Part shown: piece after piece, positions 27,903 through 38,481 of the stretch
Numbering within the stretch: position 1 is the stretch's first letter
How the letters are laid out: each line of letters begins with the position of its first letter
NCBI RefSeq assembly: GCF_024298765.1
Contig: NZ_CP101210.1
Source: Escherichia coli
Lineage (GTDB): Bacteria > Pseudomonadota > Gammaproteobacteria > Enterobacterales > Enterobacteriaceae
DNA length: 64,000 nucleotides
Reading direction: 5' to 3' (one strand)
Translations under genes and position numbers: made by a program
The notes under the pieces: generated by a model
The model's input: only the letters and a program-made list of their open reading frames with translations
The model's database searches: none
What the model was told of the DNA's origin: nothing

Positions 27903-28168
27903 AGAAAAATTATTATGACAAGCCTCTCATTCTCTTGTCATTTCCCCCCCATTTAGGCACAATGCGCCGCTGTCAAAAAATGACTAAAAACCGACGTTTC
28001 ATCAGCGTCGGTTATTTTTTGCTTCAAACCAATCATTCATACCAAGAGGCCGGGCTTCGTACCGGATAGATATTTACTAAAAATCGACAGTTGTTGTCGC
28101 TGAGGAATCCAAAAAAATGGGGCAATTTTTTGCTTACGCGACGGTTATCACCGTAAAGGAGAATGACC

Positions 28169-29527
28169 ATGTCGCATAACGTTACTCCAAACACCTCTCG
28201 CGTGGAATTGCGTAAAACGCTTACGTTAGTTCCGGTTGTAATGATGGGTCTTGCCTATATGCAGCCGATGACGCTGTTTGATACTTTTGGTATCGTTTCA
28301 GGCCTCACGGATGGTCATGTGCCGACAGCCTATGCGTTCGCATTGATTGCGATCCTGTTTACGGCTCTGAGCTACGGGAAACTGGTTCGCCGCTATCCTT
28401 CTGCTGGCTCTGCATACACTTACGCCCAGAAATCCATTAGCCCGACTGTCGGCTTTATGGTGGGTTGGTCTTCTCTGCTCGACTATCTGTTCGCGCCGAT
28501 GATCAACATTCTGCTGGCGAAAATCTATTTTGAAGCTCTGGTGCCTTCCATCCCATCGTGGATGTTTGTGGTGGCGCTGGTGGCCTTTATGACCGCCTTT
28601 AACCTGCGTAGTCTGAAATCCGTAGCGAACTTCAACACTGTAATCGTCGTGTTGCAGGTAGTGCTGATCGCGGTGATTCTGGGCATGGTTGTTTATGGCG
28701 TATTTGAAGGTGAAGGCGCTGGTACGCTGGCGAGCACTCGTCCGTTCTGGTCTGGCGATGCGCATGTTATCCCGATGATTACCGGGGCGACAATCCTGTG
28801 CTTCTCCTTTACCGGCTTTGACGGCATCAGCAACCTGTCGGAAGAAACCAAAGATGCAGAGCGCGTGATCCCGCGTGCGATTTTCCTGACCGCGCTGATT
28901 GGCGGCATGATCTTCATCTTTGCAACTTACTTCCTGCAGCTGTACTTCCCGGATATCTCTCGCTTTAAAGATCCGGATGCGTCACAGCCTGAAATCATGC
29001 TGTATGTTGCAGGTAAAGCATTCCAGGTTGGTGCGCTGATCTTCTCCACCATTACCGTACTGGCGTCTGGTATGGCGGCGCACGCAGGCGTTGCGCGACT
29101 GATGTACGTAATGGGTCGTGACGGCGTATTCCCGAAAAGCTTCTTCGGTTATGTTCACCCGAAATGGCGTACTCCGGCAATGAACATCATCCTGGTTGGC
29201 GCGATTGCCCTGCTGGCAATCAACTTCGACCTGGTAATGGCTACGGCGCTGATCAACTTTGGTGCGTTGGTGGCGTTCACCTTCGTTAACCTGTCGGTCA
29301 TCTCGCAGTTCTGGATCCGTGAGAAGCGTAACAAGACGCTGAAAGATCACTTCCAGTATCTGTTCCTGCCGATGTGTGGTGCGCTGACCGTTGGTGCGCT
29401 GTGGGTTAACCTGGAAGAAAGCTCAATGGTTCTGGGTCTGATCTGGGCTGCTATCGGTCTGATTTACCTGGCTTGCGTCACCAAGAGCTTCCGTAACCCG
29501 GTTCCGCAGTACGAAGACGTAGCATAA
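28169..29527 (+). CDS. plaP: APC-family putrescine importer
   Basis: about 452 aa, 12-TM amino-acid/polyamine permease. Confidence 0.85.
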   Translation: MSHNVTPNTSRVELRKTLTLVPVVMMGLAYMQPMTLFDTFGIVSGLTDGHVPTAYAFALIAILFTALSYGKLVRRYPSAGSAYTYAQKSISPTVGFMVGWSSLLDYLFAPMINILLAKIYFEALVPSIPSWMFVVALVAFMTAFNLRSLKSVANFNTVIVVLQVVLIAVILGMVVYGVFEGEGAGTLASTRPFWSGDAHVIPMITGATILCFSFTGFDGISNLSEETKDAERVIPRAIFLTALIGGMIFIFATYFLQLYFPDISRFKDPDASQPEIMLYVAGKAFQVGALIFSTITVLASGMAAHAGVARLMYVMGRDGVFPKSFFGYVHPKWRTPAMNIILVGAIALLAINFDLVMATALINFGALVAFTFVNLSVISQFWIREKRNKTLKDHFQYLFLPMCGALTVGALWVNLEESSMVLGLIWAAIGLIYLACVTKSFRNPVPQYEDVA

Positions 29528-29552
29528 TCATCTTTTCTAATAATCAACCGGA

Positions 29553-29590
29553 GTCGAATGAATATTTGGCTCCGGTTTTTTTATTCTTTT
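29553..29590 (+). terminator. rho-independent terminator downstream of plaP
   Basis: hairpin ccggag...ctccgg followed by T-run. Confidence 0.6.
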
Positions 29591-29705
29591 TTATCGAAAT
29601 CCTCATTAATAACCATTTGTTCTAATTTAGAGAATTTGGTTATTGGTCTGCATTCCACCAGTCATGAATAATTTCCTCATTAACATTCATCTGGTTAATT
29701 AATTT

Positions 29706-30764
29706 ATGTTTTCAATGATATTAAGCGGGCTAATTTGTGGTGCTCTGCTGGGATTTGTCATGCAGCGTGGGCGTTTTTGCCTGACAGGTGGTTTTCGCGA
29801 TATGTATATCGCGAAAAATAATCGCATGTTTTACGCCTTGCTGATTGCAATTTCGGTACAAAGCGTGGGGGTTTTTGCGTTAATTCAGGCGGGCCTACTG
29901 ACTTACGAAGCCGGGGCGTTCCCGTGGCTTGGTACTGTTATAGGTGGGTATCTTTTCGGGCTGGGAATTGTTCTGGCGGGTGGATGTGCCACCGGGACCT
30001 GGTATCGCGCGGGTGAGGGATTGATCGGCAGTTGGATCGCGCTTTTCACTTATATGGTGATGAGTGCGGTGATGCGTTCTCCACACGCCAGTGGTTTAAA
30101 TCAAACCTTGCAGCACTACACTACTGAACATAACTCTATTGCTGATACTTTTAATTTGTCTGTGTGGCCGTTGGTTGCCGTTTTGCTGGTGATAACGCTC
30201 TGGGTGGTGATGAAAGAGTTGAAGAAGCCAAAACTCAAAGTCGCGACCTTACCGCCGCGCCGAGCCGGGATCGCTCATATTCTGTTTGAAAAACGCTGGC
30301 ATCCCTTTGTCACAGCTGTACTCATCGGTTTGATTGCGCTTTTAGCCTGGCCCCTGAGTGAAGCAACCGGACGTATGTTTGGGTTAGGCATCACTTCCCC
30401 AACGGCCAATATTCTGCAATTTCTGGTCGCGGGTGACGTGAAATACATTAACTGGGGCGTTTTCCTGGTGTTAGGGATCTTCGTGGGGTCATTTATTGCC
30501 GCCAAAGCGAGCCGTGAGTTCCGCGTTCGCGCTGCTGATGCACAAACAACATTACGTAGCGGGTTAGGTGGTGTACTGATGGGCTTCGGTGCCAGCATTG
30601 CAGGTGGTTGCTCTATCGGTAATGGACTGGTCATGACTGCAATGATGACCTGGCAGGGCTGGATTGGCCTTGTATTTATGATTCTCGGAGTCTGGACTGC
30701 GTCCTGGCTTGTGTATGTTCGACCGCAGCGTAAGGCGCGACTGGCAACTGCTGCGGCAAATTAA
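29706..30764 (+). CDS. yeeE: YeeE/YedE family inner-membrane protein (thiosulfate uptake)
   Basis: 352 aa multi-span membrane protein; followed by TusA-like yeeD. Confidence 0.85.
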   Translation: MFSMILSGLICGALLGFVMQRGRFCLTGGFRDMYIAKNNRMFYALLIAISVQSVGVFALIQAGLLTYEAGAFPWLGTVIGGYLFGLGIVLAGGCATGTWYRAGEGLIGSWIALFTYMVMSAVMRSPHASGLNQTLQHYTTEHNSIADTFNLSVWPLVAVLLVITLWVVMKELKKPKLKVATLPPRRAGIAHILFEKRWHPFVTAVLIGLIALLAWPLSEATGRMFGLGITSPTANILQFLVAGDVKYINWGVFLVLGIFVGSFIAAKASREFRVRAADAQTTLRSGLGGVLMGFGASIAGGCSIGNGLVMTAMMTWQGWIGLVFMILGVWTASWLVYVRPQRKARLATAAAN

Positions 30765-30777
30765 GTAAGGTGTAAAG

Positions 30778-31005
30778 ATGGCGATTAAAAAGCTGGATGT
30801 GGTGACGCAGGTCTGTCCGTTTCCACTCATAGAAGCAAAAGCAGCACTGGCAGAAATGGCCAGCGGCGATGAGTTGGTAATTGAGTTTGATTGCACCCAG
30901 GCAACTGAAGCAATCCCACAGTGGGCGGCAGAAGAAGGACATGCCATCACCGATTATCAGCAGATTGGCGATGCAGCGTGGAGCATCACCGTTCAAAAAG
31001 CCTGA
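30778..31005 (+). CDS. yeeD: TusA-like sulfurtransferase
   Basis: 75 aa; CPFP motif (DVVTQVCPFPLIEAK). Confidence 0.9.
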   Translation: MAIKKLDVVTQVCPFPLIEAKAALAEMASGDELVIEFDCTQATEAIPQWAAEEGHAITDYQQIGDAAWSITVQKA

Positions 31006-31015
31006 CTCAACATTG

Positions 31016-31042
31016 TCCTCCGCCGTACCAGCGGCGGAGGCT
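31016..31042. terminator. bidirectional hairpin between convergent yeeD and sbcB
   Basis: cctccgccg...cggcggagg perfect inverted repeat. Confidence 0.6.
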
Positions 31043-31047
31043 TCAAA

Positions 31048-32475
31048 TTAGACGATCTCTTCCGCGTACTGCCAAAGCGCTTTTAACAGCGCCACTTTCT
31101 CTTTGTCATCGGCATACTGTTGTGCCAGCATCTGCAATTCATCAGCGTAGCCCTGCAAAAACTCTGGCGTGAAGACCTGGCGGCGGTGCTCAAGCCAGCG
31201 TTGCTGCTCGGCATAATCCAGCGTCCCCGGGAAGTTGCGCGCCCGATAATTGAACAACAGTTTTTCAATTCGTTTATCAACAAAAGTGATATCCAGTGCC
31301 GGTAAATTACGCGGCTCGGTTTCCAGCACAATTTTCATTGCTGCACGATCGGCGTCACTGAAAAAGCCGTTATAAAGCTGTGCATCCACGTTATCTGAAG
31401 GCGTAAACGGTTCGGCTTCCGCGAATATCGCCACCACTTTTTCACGCACTTGCGGATTTTCACGCAGAATTTTTAGGTTATCGAGGCAATGCTGACGATT
31501 AATTCCCAGTCGGTCGGCATCTTCCGGGCGTAGCGTATTCGCCTGGGCCAGTACCGGACATTTATTGATGTGCACCAGCTTAATCGGAACGGCGGCGTTA
31601 TCGCCAAGATCGGCTTTTGCGGTATATAAACGCTCGCGCAATGTGTCGCTATCCAGCTCCAGTAATGGCGAAATGTCTCCTGCCAAATCCACCATAATTA
31701 CGGCATTGCGATTTTCAGGATGCCACGCCAGCGGTGCCACCCAGCTGGTATTGCCGCGCCATGCCCCAAACATTCCGGAAACGTGAACCAGGGGTTTCAT
31801 CTGCGGAACATCAATCAACGCCATCAGTTTGTGTTTATTACGATGGGTAAAGAGATATTCAAACAGACGTGGCTGACGCGTTTTTACCAGTTTCGCCATC
31901 GCAATAGTGGCGTACACATCAGCCATCGCATCGTGGGCGTTGCTATGTTCAATTCCATTCGCTTTGGTTAAATGCTCAAGGCGAAAGCTCGGTAGACCGT
32001 CATCATTTTCAGGCCAGTTTATTCCTTCCGGGCGCAGGGCATAACAGGCACGCATAACATCCAGTAAATCCCAGCGCGAGTTATCATGCTGCCAGCTCCA
32101 GGCGTAAGGATCGTAGAAATTACGATAAAAAACGTTGCGTGTGACTTCGTCGTCGAAACGCACATTGTTGTAGCCCAGAATACAGGTCTTCGGTACGGTA
32201 AAAAGCGAGTGAATACGGGCGGCAAACGCGGCTTCGTTTTCTCCTTTCGCCCGTGCTTCCTGCGGGGTAATACCTGTAATTAATACGGCTCCAGGCTGGG
32301 GTAAATAGTCATCCGCGGGCTTGCAGTAAAAGACTTCGGGTTCGCCGATGACATTGAATTCGCTATCGGTGCGAATGGCTGCGAACTGTGCAGGGCGATC
32401 TAACGCGGGGTGCGTGCCAAAGGTTTCGTAATCGTGAAACAAAAAGGTAGATTGTTGCTTACCGTCATTCATCAT
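31048..32475 (-). CDS. sbcB: exodeoxyribonuclease I
   Basis: MMNDGKQQSTFLFHDYETFG... DnaQ-like exonuclease N-terminus; start trimmed from ORF. Confidence 0.95.
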   Translation of the reverse strand: MMNDGKQQSTFLFHDYETFGTHPALDRPAQFAAIRTDSEFNVIGEPEVFYCKPADDYLPQPGAVLITGITPQEARAKGENEAAFAARIHSLFTVPKTCILGYNNVRFDDEVTRNVFYRNFYDPYAWSWQHDNSRWDLLDVMRACYALRPEGINWPENDDGLPSFRLEHLTKANGIEHSNAHDAMADVYATIAMAKLVKTRQPRLFEYLFTHRNKHKLMALIDVPQMKPLVHVSGMFGAWRGNTSWVAPLAWHPENRNAVIMVDLAGDISPLLELDSDTLRERLYTAKADLGDNAAVPIKLVHINKCPVLAQANTLRPEDADRLGINRQHCLDNLKILRENPQVREKVVAIFAEAEPFTPSDNVDAQLYNGFFSDADRAAMKIVLETEPRNLPALDITFVDKRIEKLLFNYRARNFPGTLDYAEQQRWLEHRRQVFTPEFLQGYADELQMLAQQYADDKEKVALLKALWQYAEEIV

Positions 32476-32677
32476 TAGGTTAAATCCGTTATTTCTGCTG
32501 TCTGCCAGAGTATCAAATATCACCGTGCTAATCAGCTTTAGCGCGACAATTTGACAGCGAGTAGCAACAGATCATGTCAGATGAAAATGAGAGGGTAGTC
32601 ACATTTTCTTGCACTTTATTCCAGCCAGTTCATAAGTATTTCCGTAAAAAGAACAGCTATTTGAAACTCCTGAGGGT

Positions 32678-33850
32678 TTGCTGTTGAAACGCCGTCTTAT
32701 TATTGCTGCTTCTTTGTTCGTTTTTAACTTATCGTCTGGTTTTGCGGCGGAAAACATTCCTTTTTCACCTCAGCCTCCAGAGATTCATGCCGGGTCCTGG
32801 GTACTGATGGATTACACCACCGGACAGATCCTCACCGCGGGTAATGAGCATCAACAGCGCAATCCCGCCAGCCTGACAAAGCTGATGACGGGCTATGTCG
32901 TGGATCGCGCTATCGATAGTCATCGCATTACGCCAGACGATATTGTCACCGTGGGGCGCGATGCGTGGGCGAAAGATAATCCGGTGTTTGTCGGTTCTTC
33001 ACTGATGTTTTTGAAAGAGGGCGATCGCGTATCGGTACGTGATTTAAGCCGTGGTTTAATTGTGGATTCCGGAAATGACGCTTGTGTTGCATTGGCTGAC
33101 TATATTGCCGGTGGGCAACGGCAGTTTGTTGAAATGATGAACAACTATGCCGAGAAGTTGCATCTCAAGGATACGCATTTTGAAACAGTGCATGGTCTGG
33201 ATGCACCTGGCCAGCATAGCTCGGCTTATGATTTAGCTGTGCTTTCTCGCGCTATCATCCACGGCGAGCCCGAGTTTTATCATATGTACAGTGAGAAAAG
33301 TCTCACCTGGAACGGTATCACCCAGCAAAACCGTAACGGGTTGTTGTGGGATAAAACCATGAATGTTGACGGCCTGAAAACGGGTCATACTTCTGGTGCC
33401 GGGTTTAATCTCATTGCTTCGGCTGTAGATGGGCAGCGTCGTCTCATTGCAGTGGTAATGGGGGCTGACAGTGCAAAAGGTCGTGAGGAAGAGGCAAGAA
33501 AATTACTGCGTTGGGGGCAACAAAACTTTACTACGGTGCAAATTTTGCACCGTGGGAAAAAGGTCGGAACGGAACGCATCTGGTATGGCGATAAAGAAAA
33601 TATCGACCTGGGAACGGAACAAGAGTTCTGGATGGTGCTACCGAAAGCCGAAATTCCACATATCAAAGCCAAATATACCCTTGATGGTAAAGAGCTCACC
33701 GCGCCAATTAGCGCCCATCAGCGGGTAGGGGAAATTGAACTTTACGACCGTGATAAACAGGTGGCGCACTGGCCGCTGGTTACCCTGGAATCTGTCGGGG
33801 AAGGCAGCATGTTTTCTCGCCTGAGTGATTATTTCCACCATAAGGCCTGA
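32678..33850 (+). CDS. dacD: D-alanyl-D-alanine carboxypeptidase (PBP6b)
   Basis: signal peptide, SLTK active-site motif (PASLTKLMT), SGN motif; no ATG at the N-terminus, apparent TTG start at 32678 or 32684 preceded by tgaggg RBS. Confidence 0.9.
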   Translation: MLLKRRLIIAASLFVFNLSSGFAAENIPFSPQPPEIHAGSWVLMDYTTGQILTAGNEHQQRNPASLTKLMTGYVVDRAIDSHRITPDDIVTVGRDAWAKDNPVFVGSSLMFLKEGDRVSVRDLSRGLIVDSGNDACVALADYIAGGQRQFVEMMNNYAEKLHLKDTHFETVHGLDAPGQHSSAYDLAVLSRAIIHGEPEFYHMYSEKSLTWNGITQQNRNGLLWDKTMNVDGLKTGHTSGAGFNLIASAVDGQRRLIAVVMGADSAKGREEEARKLLRWGQQNFTTVQILHRGKKVGTERIWYGDKENIDLGTEQEFWMVLPKAEIPHIKAKYTLDGKELTAPISAHQRVGEIELYDRDKQVAHWPLVTLESVGEGSMFSRLSDYFHHKA

Positions 33851-33936
33851 CCTTTCTTTTGCAGCAGACTGGCAGGAGTGCGAGTCTGCTCGCATAATCA
33901 ACACTCATTCCTTGTGGTTTTAATTTTGCAACTATA

Positions 33937-33952
33937 CTGTATATAAAAACAG
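33937..33952 (+). promoter_or_regulatory. LexA (SOS) box upstream of sbmC
   Basis: ctgtatataaaaacag = CTGT-N8-ACAG, 17 bp upstream of the sbmC start. Confidence 0.8.
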
Positions 33953-33968
33953 CATCAATGGAGGCGTC

Positions 33969-34442
33969 ATGAACTACGAGATTAAGCAGGAAGAGAAACG
34001 TACCGTTGCAGGTTTCCATCTCGTTGGCCCGTGGGAACAGACGGTAAAGAAAGGTTTTGAGCAGTTGATGATGTGGGTAGATAGCAAAAATATTGTGCCG
34101 AAGGAGTGGGTTGCTGTCTATTACGACAATCCGGATGAAACACCCGCCGAAAAATTACGCTGCGACACCGTCGTGACGGTACCGAATAACTTTACGCTCC
34201 CCGAAAACAGTGAGGGCGTCATTCTGACAGAAATTTCAGGTGGTCAATATGCGGTGGCGGTGGCTCGTGTAGTCGGTGATGATTTTGCTAAACCCTGGTA
34301 TCAGTTCTTTAATAGCCTCTTGCAGGACAGTGCTTATGAAATGTTACCAAAGCCCTGCTTCGAGGTTTACTTGAACAATGGCGCGGAAGATGGGTACTGG
34401 GATATCGAAATGTATGTTGCGGTGCAGCCAAAACATCACTAA
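33969..34442 (+). CDS. sbmC: DNA gyrase inhibitor
   Basis: 157 aa; GyrI-like fold protein, SOS-box upstream. Confidence 0.9.
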   Translation: MNYEIKQEEKRTVAGFHLVGPWEQTVKKGFEQLMMWVDSKNIVPKEWVAVYYDNPDETPAEKLRCDTVVTVPNNFTLPENSEGVILTEISGGQYAVAVARVVGDDFAKPWYQFFNSLLQDSAYEMLPKPCFEVYLNNGAEDGYWDIEMYVAVQPKHH

Positions 34443-34639
34443 TTCATCTCAGGGCGGTGTGTTAACGCGAAGACCACTCTTTTTTTGAAAGCGAAAAGAG
34501 TAAGATGCGCCTTTCAAATTTTTCGCTCCTGCCGGGAAATTACACTGTTCCCGGTATGTCCGTCGGATAACTCAGAGGCGCGCCTTCTGGCCGACAGATG
34601 TGTTATGAGCGCTTTTCATCTTCATTACGGAGTTTCTGA

Positions 34640-35698
34640 GTGCGTGCCGATAAGTCATTAAGCCCGTTTGAAATCCGGGTATACCGCCATTACCGCATTG
34701 TGCATGGTACTCGGGTCGCGCTGGCATTCCTGCTCACTTTTCTCATTATCCGCCTGTTTACTATCCCGGAAAGCACCTGGCCGCTGGTCACCATGGTGGT
34801 GATTATGGGGCCAATCTCGTTCTGGGGGAACGTTGTCCCTCGTGCCTTCGAACGTATTGGCGGTACGGTGTTGGGGTCGATTTTAGGTCTTATCGCTCTG
34901 CAACTGGAGTTAATTTCGTTACCGCTGATGTTAGTCTGGTGCGCGGCGGCGATGTTTCTTTGCGGTTGGCTGGCGCTGGGCAAGAAACCGTATCAAGGAT
35001 TATTGATTGGGGTGACGCTGGCAATTGTTGTGGGTTCCCCGACAGGTGAAATTGATACGGCGTTATGGCGAAGCGGCGATGTGATCCTCGGCTCTTTACT
35101 GGCAATGTTGTTTACCGGTATCTGGCCACAACGGGCGTTCATCCACTGGCGCATTCAACTGGCGAAAAGTCTGACCGAGTATAATCGGGTCTATCAATCT
35201 GCATTCTCACCGAACTTACTCGAACGCCCACGTCTGGAAAGCCATCTACAAAAACTGCTGACCGATGCCGTGAAAATGCGTGGGCTGATTGCGCCCGCCA
35301 GCAAAGAAACCCGTATTCCCAAATCGATATATGAAGGTATCCAGACCATTAACCGCAATCTGGTTTGTATGCTGGAGTTGCAAATCAATGCGTACTGGGC
35401 CACGCGCCCCAGCCATTTCGTGTTATTGAACGCGCAAAAACTTCGTGATACCCAGCACATGATGCAGCAAATACTGCTGAGCCTTGTTCATGCGCTGTAC
35501 GAAGGTAATCCGCAGCCGGTTTTTGCCAATACGGAAAAATTGAACGATGCTGTGGAAGAGCTGCGTCAGTTGCTCGATAACCACCATGACCTGAAGGTTG
35601 TGGAAACACCAATCTATGGTTATGTGTGGCTGAACATGGAAACGGCACATCAGCTTGAGTTGCTATCGAATCTGATTTGCCGGGCCTTGCGCAAATAA
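34640..35698 (+). CDS. yeeA: inner-membrane protein YeeA (FUSC-like)
   Basis: 352 aa; N-terminal TM helices followed by soluble helical domain. Confidence 0.8.
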   Translation: MRADKSLSPFEIRVYRHYRIVHGTRVALAFLLTFLIIRLFTIPESTWPLVTMVVIMGPISFWGNVVPRAFERIGGTVLGSILGLIALQLELISLPLMLVWCAAAMFLCGWLALGKKPYQGLLIGVTLAIVVGSPTGEIDTALWRSGDVILGSLLAMLFTGIWPQRAFIHWRIQLAKSLTEYNRVYQSAFSPNLLERPRLESHLQKLLTDAVKMRGLIAPASKETRIPKSIYEGIQTINRNLVCMLELQINAYWATRPSHFVLLNAQKLRDTQHMMQQILLSLVHALYEGNPQPVFANTEKLNDAVEELRQLLDNHHDLKVVETPIYGYVWLNMETAHQLELLSNLICRALRK

Positions 35699-35869
35699 TT
35701 CCTGAACTTCAGAATCATCTTGCTGCTGCTTCGATTCAGCAAGGATAAAGGGTATGATAGTGAAAAGGGATAAAAGCATTGTCATCTGCGGCAGCTATGA
35801 GTAATGTTGGCCCTAACGAATAGCGGTTGCTTAAACGAATCCGACTCTCACATTATCAGGGGTATAAAA

Positions 35870-36199
35870 ATGGAAACTACCAAGCCTTCATTCCAGGACG
35901 TACTGGAATTTGTTCGTCTGTTCCGTCGTAAGAACAAACTGCAACGTGAAATTCAGGACGTTGAGAAAAAGATCCGTGACAACCAGAAGCGCGTCCTGTT
36001 GCTGGACAACCTGAGCGATTACATCAAGCCAGGGATGAGCGTTGAAGCAATCCAGGGCATCATCGCCAGCATGAAAGGTGACTATGAAGATCGCGTTGAC
36101 GATTACATCATCAAAAATGCCGAGCTCTCCAAAGAACGCCGCGATATCTCCAAAAAGCTGAAAGCTATGGGCGAAATGAAAAACGGCGAAGCGAAGTAA
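35870..36199 (+). CDS. yeeX: DUF496 family protein YeeX
   Basis: [49 protein letters not shown]...; start trimmed from ORF 35804. Confidence 0.9.
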   Translation: METTKPSFQDVLEFVRLFRRKNKLQREIQDVEKKIRDNQKRVLLLDNLSDYIKPGMSVEAIQGIIASMKGDYEDRVDDYIIKNAELSKERRDISKKLKAMGEMKNGEAK

Positions 36200-36299
36200 T
36201 TCCCGTTTTATTCAATGAGGGTTGCCCGGTAACCCTCATTGCTCATTGATTCTTATCTGTGTATCACCGTCATCATTCTCATCTGAGAACCAATCGAAA

Positions 36300-36530
36300 T
36301 TAACAACAGCCTTCTTCTGTATGCAGCAAGGCAAAAAGTTCTGTAACTCCATTGTTATTAACTGCACTGGTTACTAACACGTTGTGCGCTCCAGCTTCCC
36401 GTAACCAACTTTTCACCAAAGATATTTGTTCCATGCTGGCTAAATCTGCTTTGGTTACTACTCCAATGACCGGGTGATTCATGGCCCGGTAGGGCGTTTT
36501 TACCTCTAATTCCTGCTTCAGCGCTGAGAT
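36300..36530 (-). pseudogene. YeeP/YfjP-family GTPase, C-terminal fragment truncated by IS66-family remnant
   Basis: translation ...HPVIGVVTKADLASMEQISLVKSWLREAGAHNVLVTSAVNNNGVTELFALLH matches only the C-terminal third of the intact paralog at 46401-47312. Confidence 0.6.
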
Positions 36531-36534
36531 TCCT

Positions 36535-36712
36535 GCTTGTTGCCGGAAAAGCAGGCACCTGCCGTCTGAACGGTATCGATCCGGAAGCGTATCTGCGCCA
36601 TATTCTGAGCATACTGCCGGAATGGCCCTCCAACCGTGTTGACGAACTCCTGCCATGGAACGTAGTTCTCACCAATAAATAAGCGTCAATACGGTGCTCC
36701 GTTGACGCTTAC
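36535..36712 (+). mobile_element. IS66-family element, 3' terminal fragment (TnpC C-terminus plus right IR)
   Basis: plus-strand translation ...AGTCRLNGIDPEAYLRHILSILPEWPSNRVDELLPWNVVLTNK* parallels the C-terminus of the IS66 TnpC at 50853-52388; ends with cgcttac (GTAAGCG IR). Confidence 0.7.
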
Positions 36713-37096
36713 TTTAATCCGTTTTCTGAGCTTAGATTTTTCTGTTCCTACCCAGACCGTGGATTTGGAATTCATTTTTTGTCAGGTCAATGCTAATCGT
36801 TAAAACGGCCATAACGCACCTCCACTGGAAGGTTTATCAGTAATATCCTACCGTTGCTTCATGGTCGGGGCGTCCATTCCATTATTATCGGTTTTCCTTT
36901 CTGTTTATAAATGAAAACGCCAGCTGTATTCAGGCTGGCGTCAGGGGAAATGAAGCCTGTTGAGTGAGATTCACCGGTTCTGGTGCAGAAGCTGCAGATG
37001 GCGCAGGGTAAGGACATCTTCTCTTGCCTGCTTAATACAGGACAACAGTGCTGTTTCTGTGGTTAATGGCACTATACCCTGCATCACTGCATTGTC

Positions 37097-37291
37097 TTAC
37101 AGCAACTGGTGAGGGCTGGCATAAGTTGCCGGTGTTTCGGTAGAGTCACGGTCATCCACCACGCGGAGTGAATAACCGTTTTCAGCGGCCTTATTAATCA
37201 GTTCAGTGATATTAACACCATCAATGTCAACGACAATGTGCCCCATATCCAGCGCCTGTACGTTAACGCTGTCGGCTTCCAGTGTCATCAT
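37097..37291 (-). CDS. yeeW: CP4-44-type prophage protein YeeW-like
   Basis: 64 aa, directly downstream of the cbtA-like gene. Confidence 0.6.
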   Translation of the reverse strand: MMTLEADSVNVQALDMGHIVVDIDGVNITELINKAAENGYSLRVVDDRDSTETPATYASPHQLL

Positions 37292-37661
37292 TTCGCCTCC
37301 GGATACTTACCCAGGGTAATGTTATTTACCGTTCTGTAATTGTCGCGGGTCATCAGGCCGGTCGCCCTGCGAGCCCGGAGGATATCGATGCTGTTTATTA
37401 ACTGAGAGCGGGTACAGGCGCTGAATCCCGGCTGGTCGGTAGCACCAGCGCGTATTTTTCCACGAGAAAGTTCACCGCATCACACAGTGAAATGCCTGCC
37501 TCAATATGCTGCTCAATCACACGTTCATCGGCAAAAGGTGTGTCATTCAGTGTGAGGCCATAGTGCTGGTCCAGCAGTCGGGACAGCAGTATCTGCCAGA
37601 TTTCAACAGGAGACGGGCGAGAACTGGCCGCCTGCCCGGGTAATACAGGTAATGTTTTCAT
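37288..37661 (-). pseudogene. cbtA: CbtA-type toxin (cytoskeleton-binding), apparent 1-bp frameshift
   Basis: N-terminal [73 protein letters not shown] then premature stop; the conserved tail ...[51 protein letters not shown] resumes in another frame; span is 374 nt. Confidence 0.65.
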
Positions 37662-37749
37662 ACTGAAGATTTTCCTGATATGCAGATATAAAAATGGAAA
37701 AGTGGCGTGGTGAAAACACCAGGCCGTAGCAGAAGGCTATTCTGGAGAG

Positions 37750-38118
37750 TTAATTTTTCATTTCGGGCGTCGGATAAACAGCCAGATAAACGTAACCACA
37801 ACTGCTGAGGGTATCGGCTTTGCAGGTCAGCCCTTTTGCATACAGCGTGACGGTATGCTGATGGCGGGGATTCAGTTCACCGCTGGTGAGCATGAGTTCC
37901 AGTTGTTTCATCAGCAGCGGAAAGGCCTGGTCCAGGTGGTACGCATCTGCATCGCTGAACAGGCCTCTGATACCGGCGCGGTCGGCAAGGTAATGCAACC
38001 GGTTACCCTCCTGCACCAGACGTGCCCCGAAACAGGGCGTCACGGTGCAGGGCAGCCCCCACCAGGGGCGGTCGTGATTGTCGTCGGGAAGTGTTGTCCC
38101 GGGGAGTGTGTCTGACAC
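37750..38118 (-). CDS. cbeA: CbeA-type antitoxin
   Basis: 122 aa; MSDTLPGTTLPDDNHDRPWWGLPCTVTPCFGARLVQEGNRLHYLADRAGIRG... Confidence 0.9.
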   Translation of the reverse strand: MSDTLPGTTLPDDNHDRPWWGLPCTVTPCFGARLVQEGNRLHYLADRAGIRGLFSDADAYHLDQAFPLLMKQLELMLTSGELNPRHQHTVTLYAKGLTCKADTLSSCGYVYLAVYPTPEMKN

Positions 38119-38197
38119 GATAAAATCCTTACAGAAAATCGGTTAAGAACGGTCCGGTAATGGCGATAATTCTGCTCATCAGAATGCCCTTACTGAC

Positions 38198-38419
38198 TCA
38201 GTTCAGAGTGACGCTCATCAGCCGGACATACGGGCCAAAACTGTCCTTACGGCGTTCAGCAAACACGGCCAGCACACCGGGAATATCCTGCACTTCACGA
38301 CCGGTATACGTTTCAGTGCTGCCGTGCCAGCGGTATTTGCCGGTACAGAACGGAAAAAGACGGGATGCAGGATGCTGTTGGTGAATACGCATGGCTTCAC
38401 CACGGGTGATGATTTTCAT
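38198..38419 (-). CDS. yeeT: DUF987 family protein YeeT-like
   Basis: 73 aa; conserved position between radC-like and antitoxin genes. Confidence 0.8.
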   Translation of the reverse strand: MKIITRGEAMRIHQQHPASRLFPFCTGKYRWHGSTETYTGREVQDIPGVLAVFAERRKDSFGPYVRLMSVTLN

Positions 38420-38481
38420 AATGGGATACCTCTGAAGACAGAAGATAAAAGTGAAAACAGGTGTGATGTGGTTGTGACGGG

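Noticed and set aside
27940-28020. Hairpin plus T-run between yeeY and plaP as a possible small RNA terminator
   Set aside because: Could simply be the yeeY terminator; no promoter evidence for an independent transcript.
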